Notes under the pieces: generated by a model
The model's database searches: none
Told to the model about the DNA's origin: nothing
What the model saw: the letters and a program-made list of their open reading frames with translations, nothing else
Translations under genes and position numbers: made by a program
Assembly: GCA_001029675.1 (NCBI GenBank)
Contig: CP011210.1
Location: 907,280 to 946,890, forward strand
Reading direction: 5' to 3'
Length of the DNA: 39,611 nt
From: Candidatus Beckwithbacteria bacterium GW2011_GWC1_49_16
GTDB lineage: Bacteria > Patescibacteriota > Microgenomatia > UBA1400 > CG1-02-47-37
Part shown: positions 32,579-39,611 of the stretch, one piece after another
How the letters are laid out: every line of letters begins with the position of its first letter
How positions within the stretch are numbered: position 1 is the first letter of the stretch

Positions 32579-33349
32579 TTACTCTGAAGCTACTTCCGGC
32601 TTCTTAACTCCCCATACTTTTTCGCTATATTGTTCGTGTTTATCAATTAATTCATCCAGCAAACCCATATCCATCTCATACTTTCCCAGTAAATCAGACA
32701 AAAATCCTTTCTCCCTAACAACTGCTCTATTGGAAGATAAATCTTTGTATTCCAATAACATTACTTCTGGTCGGGGAACTACGAATTTACCCTCATGTAC
32801 GTCGGCAAAACAATAATATCTGTCCAGTTTATCCTGATGTAGCCGGGGTTCAGTAAAATCCTGTATTCCCAGCAAGGAGGCAGCAAAAGTACGTACGGAG
32901 CTGTCGTTATCTATATCCGTTCCTGAATTAAGTAGTGTCCTCCAATTAACCCACAAAATCCTAAGCTGTTTCTTGTCTAAATGAACTACGTCGATGTCTC
33001 CATGAACTGACTCCAAAAATCTTGGCTGGAAGTTCTCTTTCAATCTGCTTTTAATCGGAATAGATTGATTAAGCGGCTCTAAGTTACTAGCGCGAAGTAA
33101 AAGTTCTCGCGCAAACCCTTTTACAACCACATAAACAATCTTACCGTCTCTTACTTGGGGAAATTGATTAGTATACTCAATCAGCGTTTCGATAGTTTGA
33201 GTTTTTTCTTCTTTTACTTCTGCCAGTAATCTTTCTATTTCAGGATTTTTTTGCACTTCGACTGTATCAGCCTCTTGTACGCCACGGGTCATTTCTTCCA
33301 ATAATAATCTTGCCCGGTTTCTGCCATTGGCTGCCTGCGTTTCACTCAT
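32579..33349 (-). CDS. Hypothetical protein
   Basis: 256-aa ORF in the AT-rich block. I recognise no family. Confidence 0.55.
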   Translation of the reverse strand: MSETQAANGRNRARLLLEEMTRGVQEADTVEVQKNPEIERLLAEVKEEKTQTIETLIEYTNQFPQVRDGKIVYVVVKGFARELLLRASNLEPLNQSIPIKSRLKENFQPRFLESVHGDIDVVHLDKKQLRILWVNWRTLLNSGTDIDNDSSVRTFAASLLGIQDFTEPRLHQDKLDRYYCFADVHEGKFVVPRPEVMLLEYKDLSSNRAVVREKGFLSDLLGKYEMDMGLLDELIDKHEQYSEKVWGVKKPEVASE

Positions 33350-33428
33350 TACCAGTATTTTACTTTATCCGGCCGCCTCTAATGTATCAGTCTTGTTTTT
33401 TCAAATAAAACGAAGCATGCCACTCTTA

Positions 33429-33456
33429 TTATCATCACACCTTAGAGGTGTAATAG
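33429..33456 (+). repeat. 28-nt hairpin-containing repeat, copy 1 (TTATCATCACACCTTAGAGGTGTAATAG)
   Basis: 26/28 identical to 35456-35483 in the same orientation. The core ACACC-TTAGA-GGTGT forms a stem-loop. Confidence 0.8.
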
Positions 33457-33517
33457 CCACTTTGGGGAAAACGAAGTGATTTAGCTGGCTAAGTTCTAAT
33501 GTATCGATACAATAGAA

Positions 33518-33889
33518 TTATTCTGTCAAAATATGGTCCGCAAATGTCCAGCCCGGCGTTGAATAGGTGTAAAACCATGCTTCATCGCCTTCGGCAGAAT
33601 GAACACTTCCCGGTTTAATGGTCATTTTCTCGCCCTGTTTTAAGACGTGTTTCTTGCCGTCAATAAATAAAGTCAACTCGCCTTTGACCACCTCATAAAC
33701 CTCTGTTGTCGTTTTGTGATAATGTGGCTTAGATTTACCCACTACCGCCAGCGCCAAACTTCTTTCCAGATGATCTTTTGTCGGCTCGATCTCAACAATA
33801 ATTTCAGTCGGGCTATCTTCCGGGTTCAAAATAATTGCTTTGCCCGGATATTTTGCTTTTAGCTCCCCAATAATTTTTTCTGTGTTCAT
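33518..33889 (-). CDS. Cupin domain protein
   Basis: HYHKTTTEVYEVVKGELTLFIDGKKHVLKQGEKMTIKPGSVHSAEG shows the two-motif cupin signature. Overlaps the upstream methyltransferase stop by 4 nt. Confidence 0.8.
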   Translation of the reverse strand: MNTEKIIGELKAKYPGKAIILNPEDSPTEIIVEIEPTKDHLERSLALAVVGKSKPHYHKTTTEVYEVVKGELTLFIDGKKHVLKQGEKMTIKPGSVHSAEGDEAWFYTYSTPGWTFADHILTE

Positions 33890-34488
33890 TTCTTTTGAAG
33901 AACAATTCTTAATCTGTCGTGTTCGTGCAATCCTTGATCGTCCTCTTCTGAAAAAGTATCTATCTCTTTTTCTCTAATATTAAATTGTTTCTCGAAAACA
34001 TCTAAAACAAAGTTTTCTGGGTTCACTTCATCTCTCTCATTTGGTCTTTCGTATTCTGTCCTAGTAAACATCGCCACATACATTATTCCCTTGTCCTTAA
34101 GCACTCTTGCCAGCTGTTTTGTTTGCTTCGGCAATTCCTCTCCTCCGAGTACGTAGCCGGAGTAGACTGCGTCAAAAGAAGAGTTTGGATAGGGTAAATT
34201 TTCTAAGGCTCCTACGATAAAGTTCACATTTTTTTCTCTCGCGGATCGCTCTTTGGCTTTTTTAATAGCGATGGGTGACTGGTCGATTCCCTCTACTTTA
34301 AAACCTTGTTTGGCCAGATAGATCGAGTCTCTTCCGGTTCCACAGCCCGCATCAAGAATCCTTTCATTTCCCCTTAAATGTTCTAGAAATCGAGGAATAT
34401 TGCTTGAAACTCTGCCTGTGTCCCAGTGGGCACCATCTTTGTATTCTTGATCGTAGTCGTGATGGGCGTTTTTTATTTCATCATCCAT
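33886..34488 (-). CDS. Class I SAM-dependent methyltransferase
   Basis: SAM-binding motif I ILDAGCGTGRDSIYLAKQGFKVEGIDQS, with downstream motifs FDAVYSGYVL. Confidence 0.85.
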   Translation of the reverse strand: MDDEIKNAHHDYDQEYKDGAHWDTGRVSSNIPRFLEHLRGNERILDAGCGTGRDSIYLAKQGFKVEGIDQSPIAIKKAKERSAREKNVNFIVGALENLPYPNSSFDAVYSGYVLGGEELPKQTKQLARVLKDKGIMYVAMFTRTEYERPNERDEVNPENFVLDVFEKQFNIREKEIDTFSEEDDQGLHEHDRLRIVLQKK

Positions 34489-34528
34489 GTCTTAATTCTA
34501 CATCAAGAACGATGGGCCGTGCTAAAAT

Positions 34529-35005
34529 ATGGCCATGAGAAGTAAGAGCTACTACGAGAAAAGGGCTAGAGAGATTATCGACAGCATTAAGTATTTAACC
34601 TTGTCAACGGCCTCTAATAACGGCTCGCCCTGGAACTCCCCTGTTTGGTATGTGAGGGATGAAAAGTACAACTTCTACTTTGGCTCGCCTAAAAACACCA
34701 CTCATTCGAAAAACATCAGAGACAACGGCAAGGGTTTTGTCGTCATTTACGACTCGCGGGCGCCTGAAGGATCAGGAGAGGGAGTGTACATGACCGCTAA
34801 AGTTAAAGAGCTGACAACAGATAAAGAAGTGAAGCGCGCCATCGAAGTCATGTTTAAGTCCGACCCGAAAATAAGTGCTAGCCAATTTCTAGGAAAAGGT
34901 CCGTTGAGGCTTTATTTAGTCAAACCGCAAAAGATTTGGATGAACGACGCCGAGAAAAAAGATGGATTATATCTTGATTATCGTGTTCCGGTTAAATTAG
35001 AGTAG
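34529..35005 (+). CDS. Pyridoxamine 5'-phosphate oxidase-like FMN-binding split-barrel protein
   Basis: IKYLTLSTASNNGSPWNSPVWYVRDEKYNFYFGSPKNTTHSKNIRDNGKGFVVIYDS fits the PNPOx / general stress protein 26-like pattern. It is one of only four plus-strand genes called in the window (with avd and the two hypothetical ORFs at 1845-3536), and the only one right of 3.6 kb. Confidence 0.75.
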   Translation: MAMRSKSYYEKRAREIIDSIKYLTLSTASNNGSPWNSPVWYVRDEKYNFYFGSPKNTTHSKNIRDNGKGFVVIYDSRAPEGSGEGVYMTAKVKELTTDKEVKRAIEVMFKSDPKISASQFLGKGPLRLYLVKPQKIWMNDAEKKDGLYLDYRVPVKLE

Positions 35006-35008
35006 CTA

Positions 35009-35371
35009 TCACTTCCCGGCGTCTCGACGACGTTGCTGCCTGAGGTTAGTTAAGGACAAAATTATTTGGTGAGGGCTACCTTCCTCTTGGGCGGAAGAAA
35101 AATAGCTATGGACTTCGGTGTGGGGTAATAACCTCTTAACTTTGTTAAAAAGGGCGCTTCTCATGGTTGCCGCGGTTAAATCACTTTCTTCACTAACATC
35201 AACCGTCACAGTCTTAGCATATTTTAATAATTTTGCTACCTCTATTGCGGTTTCATCATATTCTGCCTTGTCACCCCTCTGGGTCGCTGTTAGAGCCCGC
35301 TTAATTTCTTGGGGGGTTGACAGGTGAACGTCGCTAATTGGGGAGAAATAAAGGCCTTTTTCTTTAAACAT
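35009..35371 (-). CDS. Hypothetical protein
   Basis: 120-aa ORF. It is convergent with the PNPOx-like gene, with a 3-nt gap between their stops. A TTGACA (minus strand, 35414-35409) lies upstream, with a weak TATTTT 16 nt downstream of it. Confidence 0.5.
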   Translation of the reverse strand: MFKEKGLYFSPISDVHLSTPQEIKRALTATQRGDKAEYDETAIEVAKLLKYAKTVTVDVSEESDLTAATMRSALFNKVKRLLPHTEVHSYFSSAQEEGSPHQIILSLTNLRQQRRRDAGK

Positions 35372-35455
35372 AAACAGAAAAATATTAAAATATTAATATA
35401 TAAAACTATGTCAAAGTATATCATGAATAAGGGGTTGGGTCAATTGCGGGAGAGC

Positions 35456-35483
35456 TTATCGTCACACCTTAGAGGTGTGATAG
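35456..35483 (+). repeat. 28-nt hairpin-containing repeat, copy 2 (TTATCGTCACACCTTAGAGGTGTGATAG)
   Basis: 26/28 identical to 33429-33456. Here the stem is 7 bp (TCACACC/GGTGTGA) with loop TTAGA. It lies 8 nt past the dnaJ stop on the minus strand. Confidence 0.8.
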
Positions 35484-35491
35484 GGAGTTGG

Positions 35492-36361
35492 TTAGGCGTT
35501 TTCGAGGTCTTTGAGGAGTTGTTTTTGGCGGCGGGAGAGTTTGGCGGGGACGGTGACTACAAGGCGGACGTACTGGTCCCCGCGGCCGGCGCCGCGAAGG
35601 TGGGGTATGCCTTTGCCGCGCAGGCGAAACAAGGTGCCGGGCTGGGTGCCGGGGCGGACTTTGAGCTTAAGGTCGCCGTCGGTGGTGGGGACTTTGATGG
35701 TGTCGCCCAAAGCGGCCTGGGTGAAGGAAATGGGCTGGTCAACGAACAGATCGGCGCCATCTCTTTTGAAAATGTCGTGGGGCTTGACTTCGACGGTGAC
35801 GTAAAAATTTTCAAAGCGGATCCGGGTGCCGTCGTCGGCGCCGGCCGGGATCTTGACAGAATACTCTCTCCCCTGGTGGACAATCTTTCTCTCGGCGCCT
35901 TTGACCGCTTCCATAAAGTCGATGGTGACGCCGTAGCGGGGCAGCCGGGCAGTTCTGAAAGGCGAAGCGCCGCCGAAAAAGGACTCAAAAATCTCAAAGG
36001 GGTCGGTGAAGCCGCCAAAGTCGAAGCCAAAACCGCCGCCGGGGGCTTGGTTGCCGGAAGTGGTGTAAGTATAAGTAAACGGCCCCTGGCGGTAGGTGCG
36101 GGTGCCAGCGCCAAAACCGCCAAAGCCGGCAGAGGGGTCGAAAGCGGAGTGGCCGAACTGGTCGTAGGTCTTTTTCTTTTCCGGGTTGGATAAAACCTCG
36201 TAGGCCTCACTGATTTCCTTGAACTTGTCGGCAGCGTCGGCGGCTTTGTTGCGGTCGGGGTGGTATTTTAGGGCCAGCTGGCGGTAGGCTTTTTTGATTT
36301 CGGCGGCGGAGGCGGTTTTAGGAACGCCCAAAACCTCGTAGAAATCCCGCTTGGTAACCAT
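35492..36361 (-). CDS. dnaJ: J-domain co-chaperone, type II (DnaJ/CbpA-like, no Cys-rich zinc-finger domain)
   Basis: J domain [34 protein letters not shown], a G/F-rich region, and C-terminal substrate-binding domains. No CxxCxGxG repeats. The start overlaps the dnaK stop by 1 nt (TAATG). Confidence 0.9.
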   Translation of the reverse strand: MVTKRDFYEVLGVPKTASAAEIKKAYRQLALKYHPDRNKAADAADKFKEISEAYEVLSNPEKKKTYDQFGHSAFDPSAGFGGFGAGTRTYRQGPFTYTYTTSGNQAPGGGFGFDFGGFTDPFEIFESFFGGASPFRTARLPRYGVTIDFMEAVKGAERKIVHQGREYSVKIPAGADDGTRIRFENFYVTVEVKPHDIFKRDGADLFVDQPISFTQAALGDTIKVPTTDGDLKLKVRPGTQPGTLFRLRGKGIPHLRGAGRGDQYVRLVVTVPAKLSRRQKQLLKDLENA

Positions 36362-38274
36362 TATTCCTCAACGACTTCGCCTTCTTGGGCCCCCGACTTA
36401 TCCTTGTCGCCGGGTCCCGACTTTTTAGTCGAGGATCCGCGATCAGATTCGTCTGATCGGGACTTTTTCTCTTCCTCTGGCTTCTGGTAGAGAGAGGCGC
36501 CGACTTTTTGCAGGGCGTCGGATAAGTCCTTGGTCTTGGCTTCGAGCTCGGCCTTGTCGGCTTTGTCGAGGACGTCTTTGAGGTCTTTGATTTTTTTCTC
36601 GATCTCCTCTTTGTCCTGACTTTTGACCTTGTCTTTGGCATCCTTCAGGGTTTTTTCGGCGGTAAAAATCAAGGTATCGGCTTGGTTTTTGGCTTCGACG
36701 GCTTCTTTTTTGACCTTGTCTTCTTCGGCGTGTTTTTCGGCCTCGCGGGTGATCTTCTCCACTTCTTCGTCGGACAAACCGGTCGAACCCTTGATGGTGA
36801 TTTTTTGCTCTTTGTTGGTGGCTTTGTCGCGGGCGACAACATTTAAAATACCGTTGGCGTCGATGTCAAAGACCACTTCAACTTGGGGGACGCCGCGGGG
36901 CGCCGGCGGGATGCCGTCTAAGATAAAACGGCCCAAAGACTTGTTGTCGGCCGCCATGGGGCGTTCGCCCTGCAGCACATTGACCTCGACCGACGTCTGG
37001 TTGTCGGCAGCGGTGGAAAAAACTTGGGACTTTGAAGTCGGCACGGTGGTGTTGCGGTCTATAAGCGGGGTCATCACGCCGCCTAAGGTCTCGATCCCCA
37101 GAGTCAAGGGGGTGACATCTAAAAGTAATACGTCGGTGACGTCGCCCATCAACACCCCGGCTTGAACAGCAGCGCCGACGGCGACGACCTCGTCGGGGTT
37201 GACCGATTTGTTAGGCTCTTTGCCAAAAAAGTCCTGGACGACCTGTTGGATTTTGGGCATCCGGGTCTGGCCGCCGACTAAGATGACTACGTCGATGTCT
37301 TTGGGCTCTTTTTTGGCGTCTTTGAGGCAGTCTTTGACCGGGCCCATGGTGCGGTCGATCAGCTCATCAACCAGTTTTTCCAAGTCCGCCCGGGTCAGCT
37401 TCATGGTCAGATGAAGCGGCTGGCCGTCTTTGCTTTGAGTGATAAAAGGCTGGTTGATTTCGGTTTCTGAAGAAGAGCTCAATTCGACCTTGGCCTTTTC
37501 GGCGGCGTCTTTGATCCGCTGCAGCGCTTGTTTGTCGGCTTTAAGGTCGATGCCCTGGTCTTTTTTAAACTCGGCGGCGATGTGGTCGATGATTCTTTGG
37601 TCAAAGTCGTCGCCGCCCAAGTGGGTGTCGCCGTTGGTGGCCTTGACTTCGTAGACGTTGTCTCCCAACTCTAAGATAGAGATGTCGAAAGTGCCGCCGC
37701 CCAAATCATAAACGGCGACGGTTTCGGTTTTTTTCTTTTCGAGGCCGTAGGCAAGCGCGGCGGCGGTGGGTTCGTTTAAGATCCGCTCGACAGTCAGCCC
37801 GGCGATTTCACCGGCTTGCTTGGTCGCCTGACGCTGGGCGTCGTTGAAGTAGGCCGGCACGGTGACGACGGCTTTTTCGACCTTTTCGCCTAAGTAAGCC
37901 TCGGCGTCGGCCTTGGCTTTTTGAAGGATTTTGGCCGAGATTTCCTGGGGCGAGTAGGTTTTGTCTTTGACTTTGATTCTGGCCTGATCATCCTTACCGG
38001 CAACGATCTCGTAGCCGACCATGCCTTGGGTTTTTTTGACTTCGGCGTCGCCCATTTTGCGACCCATGAGTCTTTTGACCGAATAGATGGTGTTTTGAGG
38101 ATTTAGCACCATCTGGCGCTTGGCCACGTCGCCGACCAAGCTTTTGTCGGGTTCAACCACCGAAGGAATTAAGTTTCTGCCTTCGGCGGAAGGGATGACT
38201 TTGGGCGAACCGCCTTCCATGACGGCCACGGCCGAGTTAGTAGTCCCCAGATCAATGCCGATGATTTTGCTCAT
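36361..38274 (-). CDS. dnaK: Molecular chaperone DnaK (Hsp70)
   Basis: [19 protein letters not shown]..., [23 protein letters not shown]: canonical Hsp70. Confidence 0.98.
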   Translation of the reverse strand: MSKIIGIDLGTTNSAVAVMEGGSPKVIPSAEGRNLIPSVVEPDKSLVGDVAKRQMVLNPQNTIYSVKRLMGRKMGDAEVKKTQGMVGYEIVAGKDDQARIKVKDKTYSPQEISAKILQKAKADAEAYLGEKVEKAVVTVPAYFNDAQRQATKQAGEIAGLTVERILNEPTAAALAYGLEKKKTETVAVYDLGGGTFDISILELGDNVYEVKATNGDTHLGGDDFDQRIIDHIAAEFKKDQGIDLKADKQALQRIKDAAEKAKVELSSSSETEINQPFITQSKDGQPLHLTMKLTRADLEKLVDELIDRTMGPVKDCLKDAKKEPKDIDVVILVGGQTRMPKIQQVVQDFFGKEPNKSVNPDEVVAVGAAVQAGVLMGDVTDVLLLDVTPLTLGIETLGGVMTPLIDRNTTVPTSKSQVFSTAADNQTSVEVNVLQGERPMAADNKSLGRFILDGIPPAPRGVPQVEVVFDIDANGILNVVARDKATNKEQKITIKGSTGLSDEEVEKITREAEKHAEEDKVKKEAVEAKNQADTLIFTAEKTLKDAKDKVKSQDKEEIEKKIKDLKDVLDKADKAELEAKTKDLSDALQKVGASLYQKPEEEKKSRSDESDRGSSTKKSGPGDKDKSGAQEGEVVEE

Positions 38275-38702
38275 AGTTTTTTGTCGCTAATTTTGGAAGC
38301 GCCGCTGCCAACCTTCACCCTGGCCGGGCGCAAAACTTTGCCGTTTAAAGTGTAGCCCTTAACAATCACTTTGACCACTTGGTCTTTGGGGCCGGCGCTA
38401 AGCTCGGCGCAATCCATGGTGGTCGGGTCAAAAGCAAGACCTTTAACCTTGATTTCGGCGACACCCTCGGAGTCAAGTAAATTTTTAAAGTTGGTGACGA
38501 CTAAATTTAGGCCTGCGTCTTTCAAGTGAATTTGAGCCCGCTCGAGGTCGTCAAAGACGGACAAAAATTTGTCCAAAAGGACAGCGTTGGCAAACTTGAC
38601 GTAGTCCAGTTTTTCAGAATCAAAGCGTTTTTTCAAGTTTTGGTAGTCGGCCACGGCCCGTTTGAGTTGGTTTTCAAGTTTAACTTTGCCCATGAGTTTC
38701 AC
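38271..38702 (-). CDS. grpE: Nucleotide exchange factor GrpE (short, 143 aa)
   Basis: [14 protein letters not shown]..., [34 protein letters not shown] fit the GrpE pattern. It has 4-nt overlaps with both hrcA and dnaK. Confidence 0.9.
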   Translation of the reverse strand: MKLMGKVKLENQLKRAVADYQNLKKRFDSEKLDYVKFANAVLLDKFLSVFDDLERAQIHLKDAGLNLVVTNFKNLLDSEGVAEIKVKGLAFDPTTMDCAELSAGPKDQVVKVIVKGYTLNGKVLRPARVKVGSGASKISDKKL

Positions 38703-39433
38703 CAGTTCTTGCTGATTTCGTTGACCAGGTCACCAAAGTAGCGGATGACGGGGATAATGTTGGAGTAGTTAAGGCGCGAGGGGCCCAGGATGCCGACCGA
38801 GCCGGAAAACTTGTCGGGGACGATAAAGTCGGCAAAGACCATGCTTAGGGGTTCAAAAAACTTTAAGTCGACGTCGTCGCCGACCAGGACATGAACCGGC
38901 TCGTCGCCGACGGCTTTTTTGAAAAGATCGTTTAAACGGGGAAATTCATCGAGTAAGCTTAGGACTTCACGGGTAGTGTCGATGTCGTAAAACTCGGGGT
39001 TTTCCAAGATGTGGGAGTAGCCGGAGTGGAACAGGTGGCCGGTGGAGGTACAGGTGATGGCCAGGGTTTTGGTTTTGTCGGCCAACGCCCGGGTTAGTTC
39101 CTGAAAGAAGCGGTGGTAGTCCTGACGATAGTCCCAAACTTTTTCTTTGACGGCGACTTCTTCTGCCACCGACATTTCTTCTTCTTTGACCAGTTCGCGA
39201 ATGTAGTACTTTAAAGCCAAAGGCGTCGGGCTGCGGCCGGCCGAAGTGTGGGGCTGGTTTAAAAAGCCGGCGGAGGTTAAGGCGGCCATTTCGTTTCTGA
39301 TGGTGGCCGGAGAAATACCCAGGTCGTACTTTTTTTCCAGGGTGACTGAACCCACCGGCTCGGCGGTGGTGGTGTATTCTTCGATGATGGCTTTTAAGAT
39401 TTGAGCCTGGCGATCGGTTAAGGTAGTGGCCAT
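38699..39433 (-). CDS. hrcA: Heat-inducible transcription repressor HrcA (short, 244 aa)
   Basis: LTDRQAQILKAIIEEYTTTAEPVGSVTLEKKYDLGISPATIRNEMAALTSAGFLNQPHTSAGRSPT is the HrcA winged-helix domain. The C-terminal GSVGILGPSRLNYSNIIPVI matches the conserved HrcA end. Confidence 0.92.
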   Translation of the reverse strand: MATTLTDRQAQILKAIIEEYTTTAEPVGSVTLEKKYDLGISPATIRNEMAALTSAGFLNQPHTSAGRSPTPLALKYYIRELVKEEEMSVAEEVAVKEKVWDYRQDYHRFFQELTRALADKTKTLAITCTSTGHLFHSGYSHILENPEFYDIDTTREVLSLLDEFPRLNDLFKKAVGDEPVHVLVGDDVDLKFFEPLSMVFADFIVPDKFSGSVGILGPSRLNYSNIIPVIRYFGDLVNEISKNW

Positions 39434-39436
39434 AAA

Positions 39437-39463
39437 TTAGCAGTAGACTAACACGACTGCTAA
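39437..39463. promoter_or_regulatory. CIRCE-like HrcA operator (TTAGCAGTA-N9-GACTGCTAA)
   Basis: An 8-bp inverted repeat TTAGCAGT/ACTGCTAA with the 27-nt CIRCE geometry. It differs from the consensus TTAGCACTC-N9-GAGTGCTAA by a compensated C/G swap. It sits 3 nt upstream of the hrcA ATG. A TTGACA (minus strand, 39473-39468) lies just upstream. Confidence 0.85.
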
Positions 39464-39611
39464 TGGGTGTCAAGGGCCGCTAAAAAGGCTTCCTGGGGCA
39501 GCTCCACCCGGCCGAGGCGTTTTAACTTCTTTTTACCCTTTTTCTGCTTACTCAATAGTTTGTCTTTGCGGGTTTGGTCTCCCCCATAGAGCTTGGCGGT
39601 GACGTCTTTTC
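39460..39611 (-). CDS. lepA: Elongation factor 4 (LepA), C-terminal 49 codons; the 5' part lies beyond the right window edge
   Basis: Not in the ORF track. My hand translation of the minus strand from 39609 gives [49 protein letters not shown]. This matches the conserved LepA C-terminus (..AKCYGGDISRKKKLL.KQKEGKKRMK.iG.VE.PQEAFLA.L). Confidence 0.85.
   Translation of the reverse strand, partial: KDVTAKLYGGDQTRKDKLLSKQKKGKKKLKRLGRVELPQEAFLAALDTH

Noticed and set aside
35324-36210. 289-aa plus-strand ORF (35324..36193) and 217-aa minus-strand ORF (35557..36210) within dnaJ
   Set aside because: Both are alternative-frame shadows of the well-supported dnaJ frame. Their translations are Gly/Ala/Pro/Ser low-complexity sequence with no recognisable motifs.
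38967-39473. 168-aa minus-strand ORF overlapping hrcA and the CIRCE region
   Set aside because: It is an alternative frame of hrcA with a His/Arg/Pro-rich nonsense-like composition. The hrcA frame has clear family motifs.
1-39611. tRNA, rRNA, CRISPR arrays, transposases and integrases
   Set aside because: I scanned every spacer over 40 nt (597-1020, 1750-1844, 12240-12473, 19391-19438, 28017-28059, 30713-30824, 31206-31262, 32448-32578, 33350-33517, 35372-35491). I saw no cloverleaf-compatible sequence, no regularly spaced repeats and no recombinase-like ORF. A covariance-model scan would be needed to exclude small ncRNAs.

Overview
Nearly all of this 39.6-kb window is one minus-strand array of tightly packed, often overlapping housekeeping genes. 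In coordinate order they are rpsG, rpsL, rpoC, rpoB, mltG, ruvX, sortase, alaS, rodZ-like, ftsK, RNase J, a Lon-like ATPase, pnp, rpsO, a DHH-like gene, infB, nusA, then dnaJ, dnaK, grpE, hrcA and the lepA 3' end. Many of these proteins are domain-minimised (AlaRS 614 aa, IF-2 490 aa, RNase J 443 aa, HrcA 244 aa). That pattern, together with a sortase and a DGR, suggests a small streamlined genome such as a Patescibacteria/CPR-like bacterium; this is inference only. The standout feature is at the left edge (1-1749): a diversity-generating retroelement that no ORF track would reveal. A 118-bp template repeat (603-720) and variable repeat (1035-1152) differ at 20 positions. Nineteen of those are template adenines on the minus strand, and they sit in frame in mostly AAY codons at the extreme C-terminus of a 242-aa target ORF. 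An Avd-like four-helix-bundle gene and the first 72 codons of a reverse transcriptase, which runs off the window, lie alongside. The cassette layout is unusual: avd is inverted and sits back-to-back with the RT start. Other notable points: an uncharacterised gene is translationally coupled to rpsG where fusA normally sits. Hairpin-plus-U-tract terminators lie 14-18 nt upstream of the rpoB and nusA start codons. A lower-GC accessory block (about 30.8-35.5 kb) contains a 2-kb segment bracketed by a 28-nt hairpin direct repeat. A variant CIRCE operator is wedged between the lepA stop and the hrcA start. I found no rRNA, tRNA or CRISPR array by eye.
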